From: Verrucomicrobiota bacterium
GTDB lineage: Bacteria; Verrucomicrobiota; Verrucomicrobiia; Limisphaerales; CANJSG01
Length of the DNA: 35,761 bases
Assembly (NCBI GenBank): GCA_038209745.1
Contig: JBBQXJ010000047.1
Coordinates: 1-35,761 of the forward strand
Reading direction: 5' to 3'
Shown: positions 7,849 through 17,901 of the stretch, piece after piece
How the letters are laid out: each line of letters begins with the position of its first letter
How positions within the stretch are numbered: the stretch's first letter is position 1
Position numbers and translations under genes: made by a program
Notes under the pieces: model-generated
What the model was told of the DNA's origin: nothing
What the model saw: the letters and a program-made list of their open reading frames with translations, nothing else
The model's database searches: none

Positions 7849-9738
7849 CTACCACTGCCGCACGCGGTAGAAGACGGACTCCTCGACATTCGTCCGAGTA
7901 CCGCTCCACGACCGGCTCGTCAGGATCGGGCTGGCCGGGAGGAAGGGTCCCAAAGGGGTGTTTGCGGACTCGACCTGACAGCAGCGTCCCGGGGCGTCCC
8001 ATCGCAAGAGCGGGTTGCCAGACTCGTCGAAGGTTCCATGAAGCATCATCGGCGCGCCGGTGGCGGCGGGGAGCAGGTCTGTGACAATGAAAAGCGAAGC
8101 CAAACCGTAGTTCGTGATCGCGCCGAAGGGCTGGAACTTGGCGACCATCTCGGCGTTTCGGGCCACGATGTATCCTTGATCGCTCAGCAGGTCTCCATCG
8201 GTGATCGGCCCCAGCACCGAGTCGTTGAACCCTTCCTCGGTCGAGAACCAAACTTCGCCGCTGGGCCAGACGTGGAACGCGTCCAGTCCATAGCCGGACG
8301 CGGGGCCTGCGGGATGGAACTGCTTGAGCAGCTCCTGGTTTGTCTTCACCACCTTGCCCTGGTCCGACAAAAGGTCTCCCCGGGAAAGCGGCCCCAGTGT
8401 TTCGGAAAAATCGTCGCGCCGGGTCGAGAAGTAGGTCTCGCCATCCTCCATCGCTTGGACGGCGTCGAGTCCTTCGTCGGACACGATCGGCATGATTCCG
8501 AGGCGAGCCGTCAGATCATGGTTGCGCTTCACGATCTTGCCGGCGTCCGACACAAGATCGCCTTCCGAGACGGCGCCTAGAGACGTCGTCGCGAGATCCT
8601 TTCCCAACGAAAAAAGGAGCGTGCCGCCCGGGACCACGGCGAGCGCATCAATTGCAATCGGCCCAGTTCCGGCCGGCGCGCCCAAGGCGACCAACAGGTC
8701 GGCATTGCTCTTCACGATCCGTCCCTGATCCGAGAGGACATCCCCGGCGACAATCTCCAGCGGAAGACCCGAGTTGATCGCGGGTTTCAAGGACCGGCTC
8801 GTCGTGAACCACAATTCCCTGACCGGGGCGGCCCGCAATTGCAGGCTGTAGGTCTGCGCGGGTGCGCCCTTCGTCTCGGCCAAGTCCACTCCCAGCATCG
8901 GCCACAGCCGTCCCGGGGGACCAACGCTATTGGTAAAAGTGGTGGACTTGGAGTCGCGGCCCCCGCCCTTCACGAGCACGTTCAGCATCAGCTCCTGCGA
9001 GATCGCGACCTCGCCCCCGACGGTGTAGTCCCCTTCGCCCTCCGCGAGATAGACGAGGCCGTTGCCATCGGTCGCCGTCAGCTTGACGTCGAACAGGTGA
9101 TAACGGGTCGAGAAGGAGTTGCTGCTCACCGGCACGAGGTCGAATTCGCCGCGCAACGGCAATGGCCGCGAAAGCCGGTCGCAGATCGGGCAGTCGTCGA
9201 GCAAAGTGCTGCCCTCCAGCAACCGATAGCGCGTGGCCGGAACGGCCGGAACGGCGGAAAGCCTGACGAAGAGTTTCTGCGAGCCGTCGCCGAAACTGTG
9301 GCTGGCGCCGAGTGTGATGCGAAGCTCCGGCCACGTCTCCACGATCTGGACCACGCCGGAATCCAGATCCCAAGAAACTCCGTCGACGACCCACGAAAGC
9401 GTCATGGATTGCTGGTCTCCGGTCCGGCCACCCCGTCGATAATAACCGGAGCCGATCATCCCCAGCGCGGAACCCGGCGAGTCCGGTTCGGAAAGCACCG
9501 CGTCCAGGATCTGGAACACGTTCCAATCGAGCGGCCCAACGACGGGAGACAGTCGAATGTAGCCGCTCAGCCGGTTCGACTGGACGGTGGCGGGACCGCC
9601 GACAATCTGGGTGACGTGCTCGATCCAGCTGTCGCTGGTCAATCGGTAGAGCTGTGGCCCTTCGCCCGCATCCGCGACGACCGGAGCCGCGAGCAGCGCC
9701 GTGAACCCGAGGAGAACCATCAGCAGCCTATTTTTCAT
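7849..9738 (-). CDS. Secreted hypothetical protein with tandem N-terminal domains and four 61-aa repeats
   Basis: Signal peptide MKNRLLMVLLGFTALLAAPVVA, internal repeats 'GD(L/V)(L/V)SD(Q/A)G', C-terminal '...VFYRVRQW'. Confidence 0.75.
   Translation of the reverse strand: MKNRLLMVLLGFTALLAAPVVADAGEGPQLYRLTSDSWIEHVTQIVGGPATVQSNRLSGYIRLSPVVGPLDWNVFQILDAVLSEPDSPGSALGMIGSGYYRRGGRTGDQQSMTLSWVVDGVSWDLDSGVVQIVETWPELRITLGASHSFGDGSQKLFVRLSAVPAVPATRYRLLEGSTLLDDCPICDRLSRPLPLRGEFDLVPVSSNSFSTRYHLFDVKLTATDGNGLVYLAEGEGDYTVGGEVAISQELMLNVLVKGGGRDSKSTTFTNSVGPPGRLWPMLGVDLAETKGAPAQTYSLQLRAAPVRELWFTTSRSLKPAINSGLPLEIVAGDVLSDQGRIVKSNADLLVALGAPAGTGPIAIDALAVVPGGTLLFSLGKDLATTSLGAVSEGDLVSDAGKIVKRNHDLTARLGIMPIVSDEGLDAVQAMEDGETYFSTRRDDFSETLGPLSRGDLLSDQGKVVKTNQELLKQFHPAGPASGYGLDAFHVWPSGEVWFSTEEGFNDSVLGPITDGDLLSDQGYIVARNAEMVAKFQPFGAITNYGLASLFIVTDLLPAATGAPMMLHGTFDESGNPLLRWDAPGRCCQVESANTPLGPFLPASPILTSRSWSGTRTNVEESVFYRVRQW
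8110..8820 (-). repeat. Four intragenic protein repeats, period 183 nt (61 aa)
   Basis: The Gly codon of GDxxSDxG starts at 8745, 8562, 8379 and 8196 on the minus strand, each 183 nt apart. Confidence 0.85.
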
Positions 9739-9848
9739 AGTTGTAGAAGCAGGCCGGCCTGATCGCGCGCTGAACCGAGACGATCCGTCGCCTGTTTGTT
9801 TTGAATCGTAATCCAGTTTTGCCCGTAGGCCACAGCACGGTCACCGGG

Positions 9849-10745
9849 TCAGGAAGAGTGGCCGTCCGCCATCGCCTCGTAGCCGGACACAACATCGAAA
9901 AGCTCCTCGTCGATCCCGTTCTGGCGCAGCCGGTGGAAGATGCCATGAAGCGTCTCCAACAGTTCGTCGATGTTCTTGTCGGCGCGTTCCATCGCGGCCA
10001 AGCGGCTGGCGTTCTCGCTGGCGAGCGATTCGGCGCAGGCCCGAAAGAGCGAGACGAACAGATACTCGCCGATCAGTGCCTTCAGCGGGGCGGTTCCTCC
10101 ACCCAGGACTTCGGGAAGGTTCTTCGTCGGCCAGCGACGCTGCGCCAATTCCAACCGCCACTTTTCATCGAGCGGAAGCAACCGTTGGCTGACCGGCTCA
10201 TAGCCGGATCCGCTGGTGGGTCGGTTGTAGAAGAGATGGAGCTCCGTGACCTCATCGCGTCCTTGATGCGTCTGGTGCTCCACAAGGATCCGTCCAACGA
10301 GCGGGGTGATCGTTTTCACTGAACTGGGCACGGGCAAAAGACCCAGTGGAGCGATGCCGGAGTCGGTCAGCCGGGCATGGACCCGTTCTCCGACGGCCCA
10401 CACGTTCGGTTTTCCGGGCAGCGCGGCGAGGGCCTTCACCGCGAAGTCGGCGACCACGTCGTTGAACTGTCCCACCAATCCCTGGTCCGAACCGAAGACC
10501 ACCGCGCCGATCGCTGGCGAAGCTTTGGAAGGCGGTGGTTCGGGAGTCGTCGCGCCGCCAAGCCCCGCCCGAAAGCAGGCACCCAAGCCCAGTTCCACGG
10601 TGCGGTTGTAGTCGGCCAGCGCGCGGACGGATTTCTCGTATTGCCCGATGCTGGAGACGGCCAGCGCCTTCATCGTGCGCACGACCGATTGGAGATCGCC
10701 GGCACTGTGGATCTTCCGGCTGAGACTCGAGGTCGTGTCGCTCAT
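9849..10745 (-). CDS. atpG: N-type ATPase gamma subunit
   Basis: 'VVRTMKALA', 'GSDQGLVGQFN', 'ASENASRLAAMERA', 'RLRQNGIDEELFDVVSG'. Confidence 0.93.
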   Translation of the reverse strand: MSDTTSSLSRKIHSAGDLQSVVRTMKALAVSSIGQYEKSVRALADYNRTVELGLGACFRAGLGGATTPEPPPSKASPAIGAVVFGSDQGLVGQFNDVVADFAVKALAALPGKPNVWAVGERVHARLTDSGIAPLGLLPVPSSVKTITPLVGRILVEHQTHQGRDEVTELHLFYNRPTSGSGYEPVSQRLLPLDEKWRLELAQRRWPTKNLPEVLGGGTAPLKALIGEYLFVSLFRACAESLASENASRLAAMERADKNIDELLETLHGIFHRLRQNGIDEELFDVVSGYEAMADGHSS

Positions 10746-10779
10746 GATGGTGTGGAGTTTTGCGTCGTTTCGCCGCCGG

Positions 10780-11469
10780 TTAGAGCTTGGCCCCGAACAG
10801 CGATCCCACTCCGGCGGTCAAGGCCATGGCCAGAGCGCCCCAGAACGTCACGCGTGCCACGGAGATCCAGACGCTGGAACCACCGGCGCGGGCGGCCAAG
10901 GCACCCAGCAGGGCGAGGAACAGCAGGGAACTGAGAGACACCGTCCACACGAGCGCGGAAAGCGGCACGAACAGAACCAACATGAGCGGCAGCGCGGCCC
11001 CGACCGCGAAGGTTCCAGCCGATGCGAACGCCGCTTGCACGGGGCGGGCGCTCAGGCTGTCGCTGATCCCCAGTTCGTCGCGGGCGTGGGCCTCCAAGGC
11101 ATCCTTGGCCATCAACTGGGTCGCGACTTCTCTGGCGAGTCCGGCATCGAGCCCCCGGGATACGTAGATGGCAGCCAGCTCCGCAAGTTCGTGCTCGCCG
11201 TCGGTGGCGAGTTCCAAACGTTCCCGCTCCAGATCCGCGTTCTCGGTGTCGGATTGAGAGCTCACGGAAACGTATTCACCGGCGGCCATCGACATGGCTC
11301 CCGCAACCAGACCGGCAAGGCCCGCCACCAGCACGCTGTTCCGGCCGGATTCGGCGGCGGCGACCCCGACGATCAGGCTGGCGGTTGAAACGATGCCGTC
11401 GTTGGCTCCCAACACGGCGGCGCGAAGCCAGCCGATCCGGTGGGTGCGATGGGTTTCCGTGTGCTTCAT
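10780..11469 (-). CDS. VIT1/CCC1 family Fe2+/Mn2+ transporter
   Basis: 'WLRAAVLGANDGIVS', 'AGAMSMAAGEYVSV', 'HARDELG'; five hydrophobic segments. Confidence 0.93.
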   Translation of the reverse strand: MKHTETHRTHRIGWLRAAVLGANDGIVSTASLIVGVAAAESGRNSVLVAGLAGLVAGAMSMAAGEYVSVSSQSDTENADLERERLELATDGEHELAELAAIYVSRGLDAGLAREVATQLMAKDALEAHARDELGISDSLSARPVQAAFASAGTFAVGAALPLMLVLFVPLSALVWTVSLSSLLFLALLGALAARAGGSSVWISVARVTFWGALAMALTAGVGSLFGAKL

Positions 11470-11490
11470 GACGTGGGCTTTTGCACGGAG

Positions 11491-12057
11491 TTAAATGGAT
11501 GGCGTAGGGGCAGGCTCATTTCGGCGACTGGCCCACATCCAAGCGGCGACCACAACGAGGACAGCGATCGTGGCGAGGACGAATCCACCGGATGAAGGCA
11601 TGGCCAGCCATTTGAGAGACTCCTTGGCGGCACCCGTGCTGCCCAGTGACGGCGCACGGAATCCGGCCCACATCCAGAAGATGGAATAGCCCAGACCGCC
11701 AGCGCCAAGAGCGAGGCTGATGAGAGCCGTGACCAAGCGCGAAGCGCCGACCAGACACAAAACGATGATCAGGGCGACGGCGGTGGTGCCCATCCCTCCC
11801 GCGTGAAGGTGGGCCCGTTGCATGTAGTTCCAGGATTTGTCGATGACCGCCTTGCTGGCGATCGGGTCACCATTATAGATCGTTCCTTGGACTTCGGCCG
11901 CGTCGGCATTCAAGCGCGACTTGATGAGATCCTCGTTGAGCCCGAAGACGATTCCCATCCCCTGACCAAACAGGATTGTGAAGACCGCCAACATCAAACC
12001 CACCGAGGCGGCGCGTAGATTGGAGTGCAGGGAGTGTTTTGCGGGATTGGCGATCAT
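11491..12057 (-). CDS. Hypothetical integral membrane protein (about 4 TM)
   Basis: 188 aa with four hydrophobic stretches and the motif 'WNYMQRAHLHAGGMG'. Co-oriented, 21 nt upstream of the VIT1 start. Confidence 0.7.
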   Translation of the reverse strand: MIANPAKHSLHSNLRAASVGLMLAVFTILFGQGMGIVFGLNEDLIKSRLNADAAEVQGTIYNGDPIASKAVIDKSWNYMQRAHLHAGGMGTTAVALIIVLCLVGASRLVTALISLALGAGGLGYSIFWMWAGFRAPSLGSTGAAKESLKWLAMPSSGGFVLATIAVLVVVAAWMWASRRNEPAPTPSI

Positions 12058-12220
12058 GGGGTGGTCTTTGGTTTGGTCGAGTGGACGTAATGTGGAGATT
12101 TGGGGGCAGGGTAGCGACTGGACTCGGATGCAAAAGCGACGAGCGCCTCGCGGGCGACATTAGGCATGGTCGTTCAGTTCCGTCGCCTGGGTTATGCGTG
12201 GCGTCGCGACGGACCGAACT

Positions 12221-12547
12221 TCATCGCCGGGTTTGCCGTCTTTCCTGACGGAGAATCTCCACCTCATGCAGGAGATCGAGAATCAGCTTCAGCCCGGTTT
12301 CATTCACGCCGAAGGTGGCGCGAAGGTGTTCGATGCGGCGGAGTTGGCGGAGACATTCGGCGTCGAAGATGGCGTCGTCGTCTCCCGTGCCGGAAACCGG
12401 GCGGATGAAGCCGGCTTCCCGGTATAGGATGACCGTCGACGAATCGAGGCCGGCCAGTTCGGCAACAACCTCCAAGGAGTAGGCGGTCTCGGGTTCTTCG
12501 CCAAACGTGGGAAGATCGTCCGATGGTTGATCGGGGTCGGAGCTCAT
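12221..12547 (-). CDS. cbpM: Chaperone modulator CbpM (MerR-like HTH)
   Basis: 'YSLEVVAELAG...LYREAGFI...LRRIEHLRATFGVNETGLKLILDLLHEVE'. ATGA overlap with the cbpA stop (12544-12547). Confidence 0.8.
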   Translation of the reverse strand: MSSDPDQPSDDLPTFGEEPETAYSLEVVAELAGLDSSTVILYREAGFIRPVSGTGDDDAIFDAECLRQLRRIEHLRATFGVNETGLKLILDLLHEVEILRQERRQTRR

Positions 12548-13542
12548 GGCGCGGTGGAGTTGGATGAACGAACCGAGCGCGGACGGAAGGACGAGGAGTC
12601 CCTCAGTTTTTCCCAAAGGGCCCGTTCCGCGGAGTCGGTTGCCTTGGGCAGTTGCACGCGGAGGACGACGAAGTATTCGCCACGCTCGCCGCTCTTGCCC
12701 TTGGGGAGACCGCGCCCGCGCACTCGAAGTTTCTGGCCGTTGTCGGCACCGGCCGGGATGCGCAGTTTGAGCGATCCGTCGAGCGTGGGCACCTCGACTT
12801 CAGCACCCAGAACCGCTTCCCAGGGAGCGATGTCGAGTTCGTGCGTGATGTCCGCTCCGCGGCTGGTGAAGTCCGGATGAGCCGCGTGGCGCACGCTCAG
12901 GAAGAGATCGCCCGCCGGTTCACCGCCTTGTCCGGGTTCGCCTTGCCCTGGAACCCGGATGCGCTGGCCATCGGTGGCCCCGGCCGGAATGCGCACCTTG
13001 AACGACCGGGTCTCCGCCTGGCCAGTCTGGCGGTTGACGATCTGCAGTGAAACGGCGCGAACCGTGCCAAGCATCGCCTCCTCCAGGGAAACCAGGATGT
13101 CGCCCTCGACATCGCTGCCACGCCGGGCAAACGGCGATCCTCTCTGGCCACGTTCCTGGTCGGATCCGGCATCGTTCCCGGGAAAACCGAACCGGGTGCC
13201 GCCGCTGAAATACTGCTCGAAAAAGTCGCTGAAACCGGTGCCGCCGAAATGAAACTCCGGTTCAGCGCCTCCGCCTCGCGTTTCGTATCCGGGAGGTGGT
13301 CCGGTCTGGCCATTGCGTCCGTCGGGGCCCAGTTGGTCATACTTCTTCCGCTTCCCGGGATCGCCGAGCACCTCATAGGCCTCGTTGATCTCCTTGAACC
13401 TCTCCTCGGAGGACGTCTTGTCCTTGGCCACGTCGGGATGGTGTTCCCTTGCCAACTTGCGGAAGGCTTTCTTGATCTCGTCTTCACCGGCGTCGCGCCC
13501 GACACCGAGGGTGGCGTAGTAATCCTTGAATGTGGCGGCCAT
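12544..13542 (-). CDS. cbpA: CbpA-type (class B) DnaJ protein
   Basis: J domain 'KDYYATLGV...HHPDV...FKEINEAYEVL', G/F region 'GFSDFF', DnaJ C-terminal domain, no Zn finger; followed by cbpM. Confidence 0.88.
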   Translation of the reverse strand: MAATFKDYYATLGVGRDAGEDEIKKAFRKLAREHHPDVAKDKTSSEERFKEINEAYEVLGDPGKRKKYDQLGPDGRNGQTGPPPGYETRGGGAEPEFHFGGTGFSDFFEQYFSGGTRFGFPGNDAGSDQERGQRGSPFARRGSDVEGDILVSLEEAMLGTVRAVSLQIVNRQTGQAETRSFKVRIPAGATDGQRIRVPGQGEPGQGGEPAGDLFLSVRHAAHPDFTSRGADITHELDIAPWEAVLGAEVEVPTLDGSLKLRIPAGADNGQKLRVRGRGLPKGKSGERGEYFVVLRVQLPKATDSAERALWEKLRDSSSFRPRSVRSSNSTAP

Positions 13543-13551
13543 AGTTTGGAC

Positions 13552-15093
13552 TCAAGCGGGCTTGGTTTTGTTGAAGGGGACCAACGCCTCACGGGTTAGG
13601 GCGATGATCGCCTTCCGGTCTTCGTCCGCCAGTTTGTCGGCGGTCTCGAACCGGGCGGAGATCTCAGCGGGAATATGGGCGGCTGCTTCCCGGACGAGGG
13701 CTTCGGCCTCCTTCATCTTCTCGACCGGAACGACGTCGAACAAGCCCTCGGTCAAGGCCAGTAGAATCGCGATCTGCGCCGGCACCGGGACGGGATCCGA
13801 TTCCGGTTGTTTGAGACAGGCGCGGATCCGTTTGCCGTGCTCGATGATCCTGCGGGTGTTCTCGTCCAGCCGAGCGCCGAACCTGGCGAAGGTCTCGAGC
13901 TCCTCGAACTGGGCGTAGGCCAGCTTGAGATCGCCCGCGACGGCGCGAAATGCGGCGCGTTGGGCCTTGCCGCCGACACGAGAAACAGACTGGCCCACAT
14001 CGACGGCCGGCAACACGCCCAACTCGAAGAGCGACGGCGAAACATAGATCTGTCCGTCCGTGATGGAGATCAGATTGGTCGGGATGTAGGCCGACATGTT
14101 CTGCGCCTCCGTCTCGATGATCGGGAGGGCGGTGAGCGAACCACCGCCGCGTTCCTTGCGAAGATGGGTGGAGCGTTCGAGCAGGCGTGAATGGATGTAG
14201 AAGATGTCGCCGGGAAATGCCTCGCGTCCGGGCGGGCGCCGGAGCAGGAGGGACAGCTCGCGATAGGAGCGGGCGTGCTGCGTGAGGTCGTCATACACGA
14301 TCAGCACGTCGCGGCCCGCTTCCATGAAATGCTCGGCGATGCTGGTCGCGGCATAGGGCGCGATGTAGGCGAGGCCGGGCGGATCGTTGCCCTCGGTCAC
14401 GACCAAGACGGTGTATTCCAGCGCGCCCTTCTCCTTCAGGTTGGCCACGGCCTTGGCCACGGCGGACGCGCGCTGCCCGATGGCGCAATAGACGCAGAGC
14501 ACGTTCTTCCCGCGCTGGTTCAGGATCGTGTCGATGGCGATGGCGGTCTTGCCGGTCTGGCGATCGCCCAGGATCAATTCGCGCTGGCCGCGCCCGATCG
14601 GGATGAGCGCGTCGATGGCCTTGAGGCCGGTCTGTAGCGGCACGGTGACGGGAGCCCGGTCCATGATCGCGGCGGCGGGCCTTTCAATGGGAAGGCGCGC
14701 GTCGGTCGATACCGGGCCACGGCCGTCCAGCGGCCGGCCCAACGGGTCGATCACTCTTCCCAGCAGCCCGTCACCCACGGCCACGTCCATGACCCGACCG
14801 GTGCGTTCGACTTCGTCGCCGGCGTGCAGATGCGCGTAGTCGCCCAGCAGCACCACGCCGATCTCGTCCTCGTCCACGTTGAACGCGATGCCGGAGACGC
14901 CGCCGGGAAACGAAAGCAGCTCCTCGAAACCCACGTTGGGCAATCCGACAACGGTGGCGATGCCGGTGGACACCGTCGTGACCCGGCCGACCTCGCGCAG
15001 CGTCAGACGGGGTGTGAAGGCTTCCCTCGCCTGGCCGATGCCCGTGAACGCCCGGTCGAAGACGCTCTCCAAGTTTTCAAGTGCGAAGGTCAT
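13552..15093 (-). CDS. atpA: N-type ATPase alpha subunit
   Basis: GDRQTGKT, '[24 protein letters not shown]', 'SITDGQI', '[10 protein letters not shown]'. Start at MTFALEN (ATG 15093). Confidence 0.96.
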   Translation of the reverse strand: MTFALENLESVFDRAFTGIGQAREAFTPRLTLREVGRVTTVSTGIATVVGLPNVGFEELLSFPGGVSGIAFNVDEDEIGVVLLGDYAHLHAGDEVERTGRVMDVAVGDGLLGRVIDPLGRPLDGRGPVSTDARLPIERPAAAIMDRAPVTVPLQTGLKAIDALIPIGRGQRELILGDRQTGKTAIAIDTILNQRGKNVLCVYCAIGQRASAVAKAVANLKEKGALEYTVLVVTEGNDPPGLAYIAPYAATSIAEHFMEAGRDVLIVYDDLTQHARSYRELSLLLRRPPGREAFPGDIFYIHSRLLERSTHLRKERGGGSLTALPIIETEAQNMSAYIPTNLISITDGQIYVSPSLFELGVLPAVDVGQSVSRVGGKAQRAAFRAVAGDLKLAYAQFEELETFARFGARLDENTRRIIEHGKRIRACLKQPESDPVPVPAQIAILLALTEGLFDVVPVEKMKEAEALVREAAAHIPAEISARFETADKLADEDRKAIIALTREALVPFNKTKPA

Positions 15094-15142
15094 GCAGTTG
15101 TATGGGGTGGAACCATTGTCTCCAACGCGCCAATCGCGGAGC

Positions 15143-17461
15143 TCACGCATCCAGCATTGCGCGCACGGTTTGCGCGAGCTTGGCGCGTTGATAGGGTTTG
15201 TTGAGGAAATTAACGCCCTCTTTCAGCGGGAAATCCTTGCCGGCGACTTCGGCGCTGTAGCCGCTCGTGTAGATCACTTTCAATTTGGGATTCTCCTTCA
15301 ACAGTTGCGCTCCCAGTTCGATGCCGTTCATTCCGCCGGGCATGACCATGTCGGTCAGCACCAACTGGATTTCATCGCAGTGCTCCTTCCAGACGGCCAA
15401 CGCCTCGATGCCATTGGCGGCATCGAGCACCTGATAGCCGAGGCGCGACAGGGACACCTGCACCATGGCGCACAAGGCCGGCTCATCCTCGACGAGCAGG
15501 AGGGTTTCTTTGCCGCCGGGCAACGTGGTCACCGTGGTATCATGGGACGTCTTTCCCGACAGCTTCGCCAGACGCGGAAGGTAGATGCGGAAGGTCGTCC
15601 CTTGGCCCACTTCACTGTCGACGTTGATCCAACCGTGATGCTGTTGAACGATGCCGAACACGGTCGCCAATCCCAAGCCCGTCCCTTTGCCCACTTCTTT
15701 GGTGGTGAAGAACGGTTCAAAAATTTTCGACATTACTTCCGTTGGAATTCCGCAGCCTGTGTCGCTCACGCTCAAACAGACAAAGGATCCGGGGCGGATC
15801 TGGGCAGAGTGCGAAGCGGCTGGTCCATCAAACTCCGCGCCGGAAGTTTCGATCGCCAGTTGCCCGCCCTTGGGCATGGCGTCGCGCGCGTTCACCGCCA
15901 GGTTCAGCAGCACCTGATCCATCATGCCGGGATCGGCGTTGAGCAACATTGGTCGCCCCGCCAGCTTGAGCTGAATCTCGATGTCCGCGCCAATGGTGCG
16001 GAGCAGCATCCTCATCATGCTTTCGATGGATCGGTTCAAATCCAGGTCCTGTTCGCGCACGACTTCCTTCCGGCTGAACAACAGCAACTGCCGGGTGAGC
16101 GCGGCGGCGCGCTGCACGGCCTCCCCGATGCCGTCGGTCAATTCGTTTTGTTCAGGCGAAAGATTCTCGCCGCACTTCAACAGGCTGGCCTGCATCTGGA
16201 TGACCGCCAGGATGTTGTTGAAATCATGCGCCACGCCGCTGGCCAGTTGCCCGATGGCCTCCATTTTTTGCGACTGAAGAAATTGCTGCTCCAGTCTGCG
16301 CCGTGCGGTGATGTCGCGGAACACCCAGATTCTTCCGTAAAGATTTCCGTGCGTGTCGCGCACCGGCGCGGAATAACGGTCCAGGATCGTTCCCTCCAGC
16401 AGTTCAATTTCATCCCGGCCGACGTCATCCGGGTGCGCGTAGAGATCGGCGACTTTCTCGGCGAACTGCTTGGGATTCTTGACGAGGCCCGTCACGAATC
16501 GGACTTGTTTGGAATCGTCTTCGTCCTCGGCCACGGACTGGGGGATTTTCCACAATTCGCCCATGAGTCTGTTCTGGAGAATTCTTTTTCCGGATCGATC
16601 CACCACCAAGATGCCATCGATGGAGGACTCGAACTGGGCTTCGATGAGCGCAGTCCTCCAGCGTAATTCCTTCTCCGCGCGTTTTCGATCCGTCACGTCC
16701 TGTTTGACCGCGATGAAATGCGTGATCTCGACGCCGTCCGCCCGGATCGGCGTGATGGTCATTTCCTCGTCACAGAGGGTGCCGTCCTTGCGACGGTTCG
16801 TGATCTCACCCTGCCAGACTTTTCCGTTCAGCACGGTTTCCCAGAGATGCCGGTAAAAACTGGCATCGTGCGTGCCGGATCTGAACACGCTTGAATTCTG
16901 CCCCAGAGCTTCCTCCCGCGAGTAGCCCGTCAACGTGGTGAAGGCTTGATTGACCGACAGGATTTTTCCCTGCCGGTCCGTGATGACAATCGCATTGGCC
17001 GCCGCTTCCAACGCCTGCGCTTGAATGAGATTTTGTCGCTCGGCCCGGTTGCGTTCTCCGCGCAGCCGTTTTTCCTCCAGCACGCGCCGGATGGCCAGCC
17101 CGAGCCGCACGGTTCGCCCCTTCATCAGGTAGTCATCCACGCCAAACTTCATGGCCTCCACGGCCGCTTCCTCGCCGAGCGTGCCCGACACGAGAATGAA
17201 CGGAGTGTCCAACCCCCGTTCCCGCACCAAAGCCACCGCACGGAGTCCGTCAAAGTGCGGCAGACTGTAATCAGAAAGAATCAGATCCGGCGCTTTCGCC
17301 AGTTCCATCAGAAAATCCGCCTCGGTCTCCACCCGCCGCCATTCCGGGTTGAAGCCCGCCCGCTTGACATCGCGGATCAGCATTTCGGCTTCGGACGCTT
17401 TGTCTTCGAGGACGAGGATGCGCAGGGGTGTTTCCATGGGAGAGGGCGACGGCGGCGTCAT
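15143..17461 (-). CDS. Hybrid sensor kinase (REC-PAS-PAS-HisKA-HATPase-REC)
   Basis: N-terminal receiver 'ILVLED...LILSDYSLP', two PAS domains, H-box 'GVAHDFNN', '[15 protein letters not shown]', C-terminal receiver 'LLVEDE...LTDMVMP'. Confidence 0.93.
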   Translation of the reverse strand: MTPPSPSPMETPLRILVLEDKASEAEMLIRDVKRAGFNPEWRRVETEADFLMELAKAPDLILSDYSLPHFDGLRAVALVRERGLDTPFILVSGTLGEEAAVEAMKFGVDDYLMKGRTVRLGLAIRRVLEEKRLRGERNRAERQNLIQAQALEAAANAIVITDRQGKILSVNQAFTTLTGYSREEALGQNSSVFRSGTHDASFYRHLWETVLNGKVWQGEITNRRKDGTLCDEEMTITPIRADGVEITHFIAVKQDVTDRKRAEKELRWRTALIEAQFESSIDGILVVDRSGKRILQNRLMGELWKIPQSVAEDEDDSKQVRFVTGLVKNPKQFAEKVADLYAHPDDVGRDEIELLEGTILDRYSAPVRDTHGNLYGRIWVFRDITARRRLEQQFLQSQKMEAIGQLASGVAHDFNNILAVIQMQASLLKCGENLSPEQNELTDGIGEAVQRAAALTRQLLLFSRKEVVREQDLDLNRSIESMMRMLLRTIGADIEIQLKLAGRPMLLNADPGMMDQVLLNLAVNARDAMPKGGQLAIETSGAEFDGPAASHSAQIRPGSFVCLSVSDTGCGIPTEVMSKIFEPFFTTKEVGKGTGLGLATVFGIVQQHHGWINVDSEVGQGTTFRIYLPRLAKLSGKTSHDTTVTTLPGGKETLLLVEDEPALCAMVQVSLSRLGYQVLDAANGIEALAVWKEHCDEIQLVLTDMVMPGGMNGIELGAQLLKENPKLKVIYTSGYSAEVAGKDFPLKEGVNFLNKPYQRAKLAQTVRAMLDA

Positions 17462-17901
17462 TTAGGTTTCTGATTGAGGAGCAGCCAGTAATTTCCCAGT
17501 TCGGCCACGGCGGCGGAGAATTTGTCGAAATCCACCGGTTTGACGATGTAACTGTTGACTCCCAGTTTATAGCTCTCGACCACGTCGTTGTCCTCCTGTG
17601 AGGAGGTCATCACCACCACGGGGAGCAGTCTGGTGCGCTCGTCGGCCCGGATGGAGCGCAACACTTCCAGGCCATCCACTTTTGGAAGTTTCAGATCCAG
17701 CAGCACGACCTTCGGCGTGTTCCTGGCATCGCGGCCGGCGTAAGCGCCCTTGGCGAAAAGCCAGTCGAGCGCCTCCTCCCCGTCCTTCACATGGACGATG
17801 CTGTTGGCCAGATTGCGTTTGCGCAGCGTGCGCATGGTCATTTCCGCATCGCGCGGGCTGTCTTCCACGAGGAGGACTTCACCTATGGGAGAGTTGTTCA
17901 T
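17458..17901 (-). CDS. Single-domain response regulator (Rcp1-like)
   Basis: 'LLVEDSPRD', '[15 protein letters not shown]', '[10 protein letters not shown]', 'YWLLLN'. ATGA overlaps with both neighbours. Confidence 0.93.
   Translation of the reverse strand: MNNSPIGEVLLVEDSPRDAEMTMRTLRKRNLANSIVHVKDGEEALDWLFAKGAYAGRDARNTPKVVLLDLKLPKVDGLEVLRSIRADERTRLLPVVVMTSSQEDNDVVESYKLGVNSYIVKPVDFDKFSAAVAELGNYWLLLNQKPK

Noticed and set aside
12172..12219. Imperfect inverted repeat just after the cbpM stop
   Set aside because: Long loop and no U-tract on the minus strand, so not supportable as a terminator; could be an mRNA stability element.
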